This document shows, piece after piece, positions 40,571 to 52,033 of a stretch of DNA of 64,000 nt. The stretch's first letter is position 1; each line of letters opens with the position of its first letter. A program made the translations under genes and the position numbers. The stretch lies in assembly GCA_964016885.1 (NCBI GenBank), contig OZ024742.1:3224001-3288000 (forward strand), written 5' to 3'. This DNA is from Eledone cirrhosa (taxonomy: Eukaryota). The notes beneath the pieces are model-generated. The model did not search any database and was not told where the DNA came from. It saw only the letters and a list, made by a program, of their open reading frames with translations.

Positions 40571-40777
40571 GCTGCCAAGAAAGAAGTTTTACAGTAAAAT
40601 AGTTATTTATTTTACCCCCTAAAAAGGGGGTAAATGTAAAAATGTTTCCCTAAATAACAGGGGTAAGTGTTCCAAATGTGTTGCACTGAAAAAAATTCAC
40701 TGGTACTTACTATAGTAGTATAGGCAAATTCCGATAGAATAGCGGAGCCGATGTGAAGCGTGTCTCACTCTATCAAA

Positions 40778-40874
<97 letters not shown>

Positions 40875-41947
40875 CAGGTATATAGATATATGTATGTGAG
40901 CATGTATATGTGAAATTTTATATGTGACTACAGCGTCTTTCTCATTCTTGATCTCTTAATTGCAGGTAGTAAGACAATATAGAACATGCCGACATTTTGA
41001 TTCTGAAAAAATGTGGTGTCTCATTAATTTCCAAATCTAGTCATTATTTGAAACTTCAGTGGGGGGTAAAGCTATTGAGGAGTATTATCCGATTAGGTAC
41101 AAATTATTTTGAAGGAATAGTCGGAATATAAAATATCCATGTATAGAAAATAAAGATGAATTTAGTAATACATTTATTTACATGAAAATATGAATTGTAC
41201 TGTAAAGTTAGTGATGGAATATATGTCATCCTATGGTAGTTTTGTTTAGTTGACTCTCATATATGGCTAATCAACAATACCATCATCAACAACATGGAGA
41301 GAAATGGACCTTCATCTGTTTCGATGATAAGTGTTCCAGAGATTCGATTAACAAGACAGCTTGTTGCTAATATTCACGTGCAAATGACTGAATGTCTCAC
41401 AAACACGTGTATGCATAATGTAGTTTCCTGGTAGATTCAGCGTGGGAGAAGGGTGGCAATTTCAATTATGGTTACTGACTACATTATTACATTCTCGAGG
41501 ATTCGGGAAATCGAAATCTATAGGAGATTATACCAGTTAAAGATACCAAGCAATGGTATGAAGCCTGGGAACTTTTTATTGTGAAGTGACATCGTTAAAC
41601 TTTCAGCTATGCTGCGTCCTTAAACAGCATCAATAATCAAAACAAAAAATATTAATAACAATCACCAGAAAAACAACAACATTTCAACATCATCATCAAC
41701 ATCAACCAAAGCAGCAGCATCGGCAACAAAAACATCAACTTTATCAGCAAAAACTTCAACAAGAGCATCAGCAAAAACATCAACAACAGTTCCATCAGCA
41801 ACAAAAACAACATCAACAACATCATCGGCAGCAACAGATAAAACAAAATAAGACGACGCCTCTATCAAGAGTGACATTAACAAAAGACGACGCCTCTATC
41901 AAGAGCGACAATAACAACAATAGATATATATATATATAGCTATATAC

Positions 41948-42232
41948 CTTGAAAGCATAACCAAACGCCAGTGCTGCGTCGCTGACAAACTGTAACTGAG
42001 CTTCAAGATGGAAGTCATCCGGATCAATTGCTTCATTTCCGGTACAGGAATGGTTATATATCTCATTAAATGGTGTCCAGCTACTGTTGGGATATTTACA
42101 CTGGAAATGTTGTTCCCAATATTCAATGAACCAAGGGTTTCGTGTGTTTGTCTTCGGTGAAAGAGAAAGGAAATAATCTTTGAAGCCTTTCACATCGTAT
42201 GCCAATGGTTGAACTGTGATGGCTCCCTCTAC
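41948..42232 (-). CDS. mtt: Metabotropic glutamate receptor (class C GPCR, Venus-flytrap domain) internal exon, mangetout/mXR-like
   Basis: cttctcAG|GTAGAG..TTCAAG|GTatat; 285 bp, phase 0-0; VEGAITVQPLAYDVKGFKDYF..NTRNPWFIEYWEQHFQCKYPNS..EAQLQFVSDAALAFGYAFK. Confidence 0.88.
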
Positions 42233-42545
42233 CTGAGAAGTGAAATAGAATTTGAATATCGGAAATAGATATTAGCGCTAATGTAGTTAAGTAGAAATAT
42301 ATTGCATTCATATCAACGCACACATACGTACAGGAACAAACAAAAGCTAACATACATATATATGTATGTAGGTGTATGTATTATATATATATATTTATAT
42401 ATATATATATATGGGGAGTGGGGTGTATACATGTGTATATACATATATGTGCATATATATATTTCAAGCGTTAAGCGTTAAACTAATACATTTTATAATT
42501 GTACTGTGTCATTGCTTTCGCATTTCTGTTTATATATATATATAT

Positions 42546-43015
42546 GACTTTTGGGAGGCTCCCGTACAGCTGTGAGTTCTTCATACTCAGTGTATACTGA
42601 TTAATGTCCAGAGCCATCCTCAGCATTCTCGTGTAGCACCCATCCACCATCTGAGTGAGTTTCCTGGTCAGTGTCCAAGTCTCAGACCCGTACAGCAGCA
42701 CAGACTCCACTACAGCAACGAAGAGACGGATCCTCAGGTGTTTACGAAGGTCCGACCTCCACACTGATCTCAAACTGTGGAACGCCGCACAAGATTTGTT
42801 CTTCCTCTCGACCACATCATCTTCTGTATTCCCAGTCTTTCCTCCCTGATACAGGAAGTCCTCAACCAATTCTAGCGGCTTCCCACCTACATTAATAATC
42901 TTCTCTGGCTTCTTAATATTCTCTACCAGATACTTCGTCTTAATCTCATTCATTCTCAGCCCCACACTCATTGACACAGTCTCCAGCCCCTGCATCAACT
43001 CCTCTGCCTCCTTCA
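42546..43015 (-). mobile_element. RTE LINE fragment, inverted 5' segment
   Basis: VGLRMNEIKTKY..VEDFLY..ESVLLYGSETWTLT..DGCYTRMLRMAL..QLYGSLPKV. Confidence 0.85.
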
Positions 43016-43212
43016 CTCGAAAGTAGCACAGAGGAGACTAAGATTAGCTGGACATGCTCACCGACATCCAGAGTTGACATTACACACAGTGCTCCTGTGG
43101 GAGCCCCTGCATGGGCACGCTGGAAGAGGAAGACCCAGGACATGGAAGCGATGATGAGGGACAGAGACCGCTGGAGAGAACTCGCCCAAGGATCTCGGCA
43201 ATTTTACGCGTC
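43016..43212 (+). mobile_element. RTE LINE 3' end, continuing the inverted segment
   Basis: SKVAQRRLRLAGHAHRHPE..LLWEP.HG..RGRP..MRDRDRWR. Confidence 0.8.
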
Positions 43213-43431
43213 CTATATATATATATATATATATATATAATGTGGGTAATATCAAATATTATCCAATTACAACTATGAGAATATATACGTATATAATGCA
43301 AATTCCTCTCTGTGTGCCGGCAAAATAACTACTGTTGTCGTTAGCAACGGTACGTTATGTATCTCTAGGTATCTCTATGTATCTCTCTCTCTCTCTCTCT
43401 CTCTCTCCCTCTCCCTCTCTCTCTCTGTATA

Positions 43432-44074
43432 CAGTGAATCTTCGCTTATCCGGACGGTCAAAACCAAACAGTTAGAAAAAGATCCGGTTAAGTGAAATAT
43501 CCGGATAATTGAATTCTAAAATCCCATTGTTACATAATGCTCGTGGTTTCTAATGTTTTGGCTTCTTTTAGTCAAAATAAAAGACAAATGCTAAGTAAAG
43601 AAAGTTTATTAGAATAACAAAAGGACAGCTAGAATGTATAAGAAAATTAATTAAACAGACATAAAAACTTGGTAAAACTGAAATTGAGTCAAACCATAAA
43701 AAGTTAGTACTTTTATAAAAATGAATAAATAGAAGATTGTTTTCGCGCCGAAGCTCGTCGTTCCGCTACCATTTCCACGCAACAGCTGAACGGTCAACCA
43801 CCTCCCTCTTGTTTATCGCACGTAAAAATGGAATCATGCCCGTGTCCCCTTTTCCGATCAAATCCCACAGCAATTGTTTTCTGTAAATCAGCTTTAGTGT
43901 TTCCAAAACTCCCTGGTCCATTGGTTGAATAAGTAACGTAACGCCGGAAGAAATGGTGCCCGAATCTGTCCGTCTGACGAAATCAAGTCCTCCTCATCCG
44001 GAGGTAGTATAGAAATAACCGTCCGGTAAATCGAATTTCGGAAAAGCGATATCCGGATAAGCGAAGATGCACTG
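43432..44074 (-). mobile_element. pogo/Tigger-family internally deleted DNA transposon (MITE)
   Basis: TIRs CAGTGAATCTTCGCTTATCCGGA / TCCGGATAAGCGAAGATGCACTG; TA target duplication; minus-strand LIQPMDQG DDE remnant at ~43910-43933. Confidence 0.88.
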
Positions 44075-44190
44075 TATATATATATATATATATTTCCGTT
44101 TGTTCATAGATTATATACATCGTACGAAAATGGTGTTTCAGTCCTAATTCTAAACACACATCTCTCTGTGTTTATTTCTATATATTATAT

Positions 44191-44290
44191 AGCGTGTAGC
44201 TGAGAGAATTGGATTCACAATCTTGAGATTGTGAGTTCGATTCCTGAACCAGGCAATCCTTGAGCAAGACACCTTATTTCACGTTGCTCC
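44191..44290 (+). mobile_element. Second tRNA-derived SINE family fragment
   Basis: B box GAGTTCGATTCC followed by ccttgagcaagacac. Confidence 0.55.
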
Positions 44291-44821
44291 TTCTACTTGG
44301 AGTTGCGATCGATAGATAGTACTAGCAACTGGAACGACCAACGGAAACATTGTTTCCTCGGTCCGATTTGACGTCCGATTTGAAGTCGATCGATCTTATA
44401 TATTATATTATATATATATTTGTTTATCTCTATCTATCTATCTATCTAACACTCTATCAATTTACCTCTCTGTCTGTCTACCTGTTTGCATGACTATTAA
44501 TCTATAGTGGTCTATTTATGTATATTTACCAATGTAGCGATCTTCGGACATGGACAACAACATCAAGAAGTAGGAGGAAGTAATCGTAATTTAGTGGATA
44601 TGTGTTTCATAATGAAGAAGTTGTGGGCGTAAATTATTGTAATTTATGTCAATAAATGTTAAATGAAATATGGTGAAGCCCAGAGTGACAAGAGGGAGAA
44701 GCTCAAGGACTATCGAGGCTCACGTCTCTTTACATGGAATATTGTAATCAAGACATTATTAAATTAAGTATTATTTCTATAAATCCAGTCATTTCTAACA
44801 AGTATTATGTTTATATATATA

Positions 44822-45012
44822 GGCGGTGGATTGGCAGTATTGGTAGAGTGTCGGATGCCATGCTTTGGCGCATAGAGTTACAGCCCTTGCCATTCTGAGT
44901 TCAAATCCCGCCGAGGTTAACTTTGCCTTTCATCCTTACGGGGTCGATAAAATAAAGTACCAGTAATACACTGGGTAATTGCTGGCCTTGTGCCTAACGT
45001 AGAAACAATTAT
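44822..45012 (+). mobile_element. Full-length tRNA-derived SINE (Nin-domain-like core)
   Basis: A box TGGCAGTATTGG, B box GAGTTCAAATCCC, core and tail shared with at least 7 other copies in the window. Confidence 0.88.
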
Positions 45013-45015
45013 GTT

Positions 45016-45052
<37 letters not shown>

Positions 45053-45386
45053 ATGTGTGTGTGCGTGTGTGTGTTTGTGTTTTATATTTGGTATGTGTAT
45101 GTGTTATAGAATGTTAGACGAACATGTAACATTTAAGAGAGAAAGAAATATACACATCTACGCAGATAAACTACAAGATTAACTGAGAGTGCGTGAATGT
45201 ATATATATGAAATAGACATATCAAATGTGTAGACATATAAACATGTCCTATAGACGTATTTTTCTAGATATTGAAAGAATGTTGAATATCCTTAATGAAT
45301 TTTGTCTGTGGTGTCTATATTATTATTTTCAGTGAAACTATTTAATGGAACTCTGTAAAATGTAATATAAAGGAAGTTATAGTTAC

Positions 45387-45529
45387 TTGTCTCTCTTTAT
45401 TTTCGTACACTACAGCTCTGCCTCCCCATCCATCACTTCCTATCCAGGAAAACATCCCAGTGGCATTTCTTCGTGCAACGGCCATCATAAGTTCTCCAAC
45501 TTCTTGATCCGATGCAAATATGATAACAC
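45387..45529 (-). CDS. mtt: Metabotropic glutamate receptor internal exon (upstream of 41948-42232)
   Basis: ctttttcAG|GTGTTATC..AGACAA|GTaact; VIIFASDQEVGELMMAVARRNATGMFSWIGSDGWGGRAVVYENKERQ; splices in frame to VEGAITV. Confidence 0.88.
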
Positions 45530-46461
45530 CTGAAAAAGACACAAATGAACTTAAATTAGATCTACATGAAATGAAACGAATTAGAATCATTTGGGCATAG
45601 GATTGAACACTTTTCCTTATTCAATATGGCTGCCTGCTCTCAACAACATGCAGTGTCTGAAAACAGTCCTTTATATTATAGTGTAACTGCCTGAGAATTT
45701 CACGGACACGTTCACTCAAATGTAATTCTCAGGAAGATTATGTCTGAAGCAATAATTGACAAGGGTGGACTTTGAAATTACAGGTACAGTCTATTTTGTA
45801 GTATAATGTAATTCGTACCCCACAGACGCCTGTACGTAATTATCTGGAAGGTTCAGCATGAAGCGGCTGGCCCTTTCAATTACAGGTGCAATCTTATTGA
45901 CGGCCTTTCAAATAATTAGGGCCCCTCTACATAATTTCATCCACAGTTATACTCGACGCTATGGTTGATAATATTTGTCAAGCTGTTACATGCTGGATTC
46001 GAACGTGAAAACTAGAGACAGTCAAGAAGATGTCACCATTTCACAATTCAGCCATCCTGTGTGTCCAACTGGTAACATTATATTCTGCTACTAATTGTTA
46101 CCACTTAATAATCCCGTTTTGTCTTTTCTCTAATAACTGCAATGTAAGTATATTTAGGAATGTAATAATAGTTTTATTTGTTGTAAATCACAGTGTAGTA
46201 TGTTACTGGAAGAAAAATCAATATGTCTGACGTTTTAGAAATAGAAGTTTTTATTAGCAAAGATGGAGGTTAAATTATTTTAGTTATATCAAGATGTAAT
46301 GTCCTAGGGCTCTACTTCTGATACTGTACTTCGAATATTAGCCATGAAGTTTTCTTATACTATGATTTGAGAAATAGTTCTATGGTTATCATGTATATAT
46401 ATATATATATATATACATTGTATTAGCCATAATGCGTACAACTCTATAGGTAATAGTTAAT

Positions 46462-46549
46462 AATTGTTTGTACTTTTGGCACAAGGCCAGCAATTACCCA
46501 GTACATTAATGGTACTTTATTTTATCGATCCCGTAAGGATGAAAGGCAA
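46462..46549 (-). mobile_element. SINE 3' fragment
   Basis: Core and tail on minus strand. Confidence 0.75.
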
Positions 46550-46869
46550 CCTAAGAGAGGATTAGGTGTGTTAAAGTACAACTGGAGATGGAAAATAGTG
46601 AACAAAGGCACCAGAGGGAATCGAACCACGCATCCTTTGATTTCCAATACGCACACATATATATATATATGTATATATGTCTGTGTGTGTATATATATAT
46701 ATAAAATATATAACGAAGGAAATATGGTAAAGAACCAGATGGACCATAACGCACCAAAGTATTCAATACTTACGGTAGTAGAGCGAGTAATAGGAAGAAG
46801 TATAACCCCGACGGCAGAGCTCTGCCGTCGGTGTCTTACTTGTTCCTATATATATATATATATATATAT

Positions 46870-47316
46870 ACTAGACCTGAAAAATGAAAAATGCGCAAGC
46901 TCAAAAGAGCCACAGAATGTTATAATAAACCTTCAAAAGTGTGGGACTAGTTGCTCAAATATATTGTAATCACATCTATCGTACACTCTGTGGCATCCTT
47001 TTATAAAAAAGAGACTCATAACGAACTCAAGACGACACGATTATTATTTAAGCCAATGTTCAATATCTCATATTAGATGTTTAGTAATGATTAATACGAA
47101 ATGCAGTTAAACCGAATTCTATATTATAAATTCACTTAAATAATTATCGTGTCGTCTTGAGTTCGTTATGAGTCTCTTTTTTATAAATGGATGCCACAGA
47201 GTGTACGATAGATAATGATTACAATATTTTTGAACAATAACTCTAGCCCCACACTTTTGAAGGTTTATTATAACATTCTGTGGCTCTTTTGAGCTTGCGC
47301 ATTTTTCAGGTCTAGT
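46870..47316. repeat. ~450-bp fold-back element (~180-bp arms)
   Basis: actagacctgaaaaatg..gacgacacgat mirrored by atcgtgtcgtc..catttttcaggtctagt. Confidence 0.85.
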
Positions 47317-48623
47317 TTAATATTTTTTTTAAGGCAACGCTTGTAAAAACTCTAGTTAAACATGATATATATTAATAATAAATTATCGTTGTAATGTAAT
47401 TAGATTATATAATTGTTATTTTATAAATGATCTTATAAATACTATTGTAAGATGTATAAAAATATTTTCAGAATTTAAATATAAACAACTACAAAAAACA
47501 ATCAATATTAAATAAATATATTTTACATAATAATTGTTATAGTTGAATTAATAAAAATTAAATATTGCATACAAATAGTCTAACATAATATTAATAAAAT
47601 AATTTAACATAAAACGAACAATAATATGGACAAATATACAAGTAAATATGATAAACCAATATTTTAAGCATGTTATAAAGAACTGAAAAAAAATAGTTAA
47701 TATAAATTTTAAAAATCATACATAAATTAAGAATATAACTTACCAAAAGGGAGAAAAATATTTTGATGATAAACAACGAAATACAGGAGGAAGATTCGAT
47801 AGCGAAACGATAAATAAACGTGCAAACAAAGTGGCGGATGCTTTTGAGCAACAATTACTCTCATTGGTTGATTAGCCACTAAGATGATGAAATTACCCAA
47901 TAAGACGATACATTACAAAACATGTTTGGCAGCGATAATCACCACGGCCAGCGAAACCCCTTGACATTTTTCTTCTCAAGCTACGCATATATGTCAGAAA
48001 CGCAGACTTAAAACATTCTGTTGTTAATCACTGCGTGTCTAACATATATATACAACCTGCTGATAAACTGATTCCTCTGTTCAGTCACCAATACCATGAA
48101 CTTGCCACTAAAGTAAGTCTGATATTTGATTTCGGAGTCAGAGAAACATTTTAAACGTTCGTCTGATCTGTCCAGGTCTATTTTTCTCAACCTGATTAGT
48201 TTCTTCGTTACTTTGGTATGTATTGTGTGTTAGTTTAGCCTACCACAATGTCCGATTTGTCAAGCTATTTAAACGTATGTTATAACTCTGAGACCTATCT
48301 TATCGAGTGCTTCGCTAACCCATCACTTCATATAAGTAGGCCGAATTACTTGCAAACCGCCAGAGATTCGATTTTACTGATTCCCAATTATATATATATT
48401 ATATTTTATATTTTACAAATACATCGAAACCGGTAATAATTTATATACTTTATATACATTATATACTTTATATACTTTATATATTCTATATACTTTATAA
48501 AACTCATTTTAAAAATAATCGGTCCTCTCATTGATCCAATAATGCCACTTTGACGAATCAAAACGGGAAAAAATAGGAAAAACAGACCCTCAAATATATT
48601 TTCCGTGCTATTTCCAATTTCAC

Positions 48624-48715
<92 letters not shown>

Positions 48716-48736
48716 CTCTCTCTCTCTCGCTCTCGC

Positions 48737-48846
<110 letters not shown>

Positions 48847-49077
48847 ACTTATATATGTATGCATATATATATATTGTTATACTTGGGGAGGGTCATATTT
48901 GTGTAATATTGCCAGAATTAATAACACAACACACTCACTGTTTGGTTAGTTTTCGCTTTTCGCTTCTGTATCTTTTATATCGGTAATCTAATTTATTCGG
49001 TCCTCAATGTTGCCATTGACTGACCAACGGTCAAAAATAATACAGATACAATATAGACACAAACACATATATATAGT

Positions 49078-49122
49078 TTATCAAAGTTCTTTCGTTGCAC
49101 ATCTGCAACATCGTCAGTGGTG
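49078..49122 (-). ncRNA. Degenerate hammerhead of the 49-50.6 kb PLE
   Basis: Minus strand: CACCA-CTGACGA-t-GTTGCA-gatg-TGCAAC-GAAA-GAAC-TT-TGATA. Confidence 0.65.
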
Positions 49123-49263
49123 CTATTGTTTCCTCCCGTTACATTGTATGTCTACGTCATCTTTATTTAGTCTGTCTATATATTTGTTTATTTATTTGTT
49201 TGTTTGTTATTGCGCTTGTGTATGTATTTATTTATTTATTTATTTATCTATTTATTTATTTAT

Positions 49264-50596
49264 TTATACTTCTCTTAGGTCAGTGTTGTTTGTTTGGGTG
49301 TTGTTGTTATTCCATTCATTCTTTCTGTTTAGTCTTGGCCTTCTAAGTTCTATTTCACTGGCCTCTCTAATTTGTCTATCTGCTGGGTCATTTCTATGTT
49401 TAGATATTATTCTAATTTCTATGTTGTCTATGTTACCGTCGTGTTGTTGTCTGGCATGTTCGTATAGTACTGATCCGTTTTTTTGTCCTTTTAGTTCCCC
49501 CCAGTGTTGGTCTATCCTTTCACCTATGCTACGAGCTGTCTCGCCTATGTATGTTGTTGTCATGTTTCTGCAAGTACCCTCTACATCTTATGCTATAGAC
49601 TACGTTTCTAGTTTTACAGTTTATCCGGGGGTTTACCTTGTATATGATACATTTCCTATTAGTACAGTGGGTTTTCTTAAAAGGGTAGGTTTTGCTGATC
49701 AGGGATTTTATGGTGGTTCCTGGCTTTTCTACCACCTTAATCTTTAAGTGGGTCTTTCTCAGGGCCTTTCTACACTGGTTAGCTACTTTCCCTCCAGGGG
49801 TAGCGTCCACAAACATGACACTCTGGTATCTCTGGTTGTCGTACCATGAGGTGGCTTTCCCTATCTTATGTCTTGCCCTATCTAAGCTATTCCATGATTT
49901 GCTCCTGTATAATGGGCAAATTCCTTTCATGTCCAGTTCTATGAGGGTCTTATACTTCTCCATGGCTCCTTCGTATACTCTGACTCTGTCTCTTAGGTTG
50001 TAGCCAGAGAACTGCATGTGGTTGATGAAGTGTTGGATGTGTCTTTCCATTTCTGTTGGGTCGCACATGCGGGACACATTCTTCATCACTCTTAACAAAT
50101 CTGCGATCAGAATATTAAACTTAGCACTACTGGACATTGCTGAGGTTTTGAGTATTAGGTAGTTGGAGGCCATGGGTTTAGCATAGTGTGAGTGGAGAAT
50201 TTGGGCTCTCTCGTCTATAGTGTTAATCCAGAGTTCCGTGTCTAATACAGGTAGTCTATTGTTAGGGTGTTTCAAAGGGTAGTCGATAGTTACAGTTATA
50301 CTCTGGTGTATGGAATTAGCTATCTGCTGGATGCTTTCCATTGTGCTACGTTCTAAATCAAACTTGTTAGTGCTCTCTAGTGGGGATGTTCTTATAACTA
50401 TATTGATACCGTCTACGTAACGAGAGTACATGGTGAGGTCTATGAAGCTCTCATTAAGGAGATCTTTAAGTCTCCTTTCCCACCATACCATGAAAACGTT
50501 GGCAACATCACCAGCTATGCTGACGCCAATGGCTGCTCCCTCATTTTGGGTGTAGATCTTCTCGTTGAACTGGGTTTTTAGATTGTGTCTCTCCAT
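49264..50596 (-). pseudogene. 5'-truncated PLE RT + GIY-YIG (possibly Nematis-like), frameshifted
   Basis: GAAIGVSIAGDVANVFM, SRYVDG, LPVLD, YAKPMAS, MQFSGY, CKTRNVVYSIRC, YIGETARSIGERIDQH. Confidence 0.85.
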
Positions 50597-50881
50597 CGTT
50601 CTGTCCTACACCATCTTTTTGTTTGTTTGTTGTGTTTTGTGTGCTTAGTTTGCGCATGCGTTACATCCGTTGGTTGTTTGTTCTATTTGTTTGTGTCTGA
50701 TTTCTTTAATTAGTTTGGAATTTGTGTGCCTGTATGTCTTCATTTTGTCCTTATTTATTAGTTGTGATGTTGTTATTCCACGCATATTTTCTGTTTAATT
50801 CCGGTTGGAGTCCGTTTATGTTTGTCGCATCTGTGATTTGTCTGAGCATTGCATCGTTAGTGTGTGTGGATATATATATAT

Positions 50882-51280
50882 ATATAACAAAGGAATTATG
50901 GTAAGGAACCAGATGGAGCATAACGCATCCGAGTACTCAATACTTAGGGTAGTAGAGTGGGAAATAGGAAAAAGTATGACCCCGACAGCAGAGCTCTGGT
51001 CCAGAAATAGCCGTCGAAACGGTTTGAGCTCTGCCGTCGGGGTCATACTTTTTCATATATATATATATGTGTGTGTGTGTGTAATATAAAAAGCATCAGG
51101 AGCCCGATGGCTGAGTTCCGGCCGTTTCGACAGCTAGATCAGAAACTAGCTCTCAAAACGGCCGGAGTTCAGCCGTCGGAGTCCTGATTCTTTTCCTATT
51201 ACCCACTCTACTATACTAAATATTAACTATTCTGGTGCGTTATGGTTAACCCGGTTCCTTACCACACTATATTTGTTATA
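50882..51280. repeat. Inverted pair of a hairpin-containing interspersed repeat (third copy at ~46710-46835)
   Basis: ggtaaggaaccagatggagcataacgca..gaccccgac.gcagagctc shared; internal hairpins at 50972-51050 and 51095-51190. Confidence 0.7.
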
Positions 51281-52033
51281 TATATATATATCTATGTATG
51301 TATAATGGACACTCCCATTATATATCGACGTTTCAGTGTCTTCTCAATTCATTTTTACACATCAAGCCACTTTTAGTTCAGATGGCATGACTTTAAGCAG
51401 AGCAGGATCGAAAGTTTCATCGGACCTTAGTGTTAGATATTAGATCCCGAATAAGGGCATTATGTATGTATATATGTATGTGCATATATATATATATGTG
51501 TGTGTGTCTGCGTACGTGCGTGCGTGTGTGTGTGTGTGTGTGGGGGGGGTTATGTGTGTGTATTTGGTCCGATGACAGTATTTTAGTAGCATATGGAATA
51601 CATATAATCCTAATCTAATTTAGTAACAATTTGGATCACAATATTATGATATCCCTAATAGATTAGAGGCCCTCTATGCCAACGTTTGACCTGGACGCCC
51701 GACATGCTAACATTAGCAACAAAACATCTTGAAATAACACAGAAAACAACTTGAAGGATAATACGTGATGATTACTGAAGAAATGCGTTTGATTTGTTCA
51801 ATCGAAGCTGACGTGGGGCTAAATAACAACAATAGATGAAATATATTGCATCACTAGAACTAGAAGCCAAATCTTCTTCAGGACGCTACTTTCTTAAACT
51901 AAGGTGACATACTGTAGCATGTAGAAGAGAGAAATGACTTGAGGCTTTTAATAATAGATTTGATGGATTGTGGTTGATATAGGGTTAATCCTCATTAGCA
52001 ACTAAAACAACAATTTCAACAATTTCAACATCA

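Larger units (their letters stand above)
35048..40775 (-). mobile_element. Full-length Tx1/L1-clade non-LTR retrotransposon, decayed, flanked by (GATA)n on both sides
   Basis: ORF1 with CCHC knuckle; ORF2 with APE, RT and C-terminal Cys/His domain; (GATA)n at ~35020-35047 and ~40778-40875. Confidence 0.92.
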
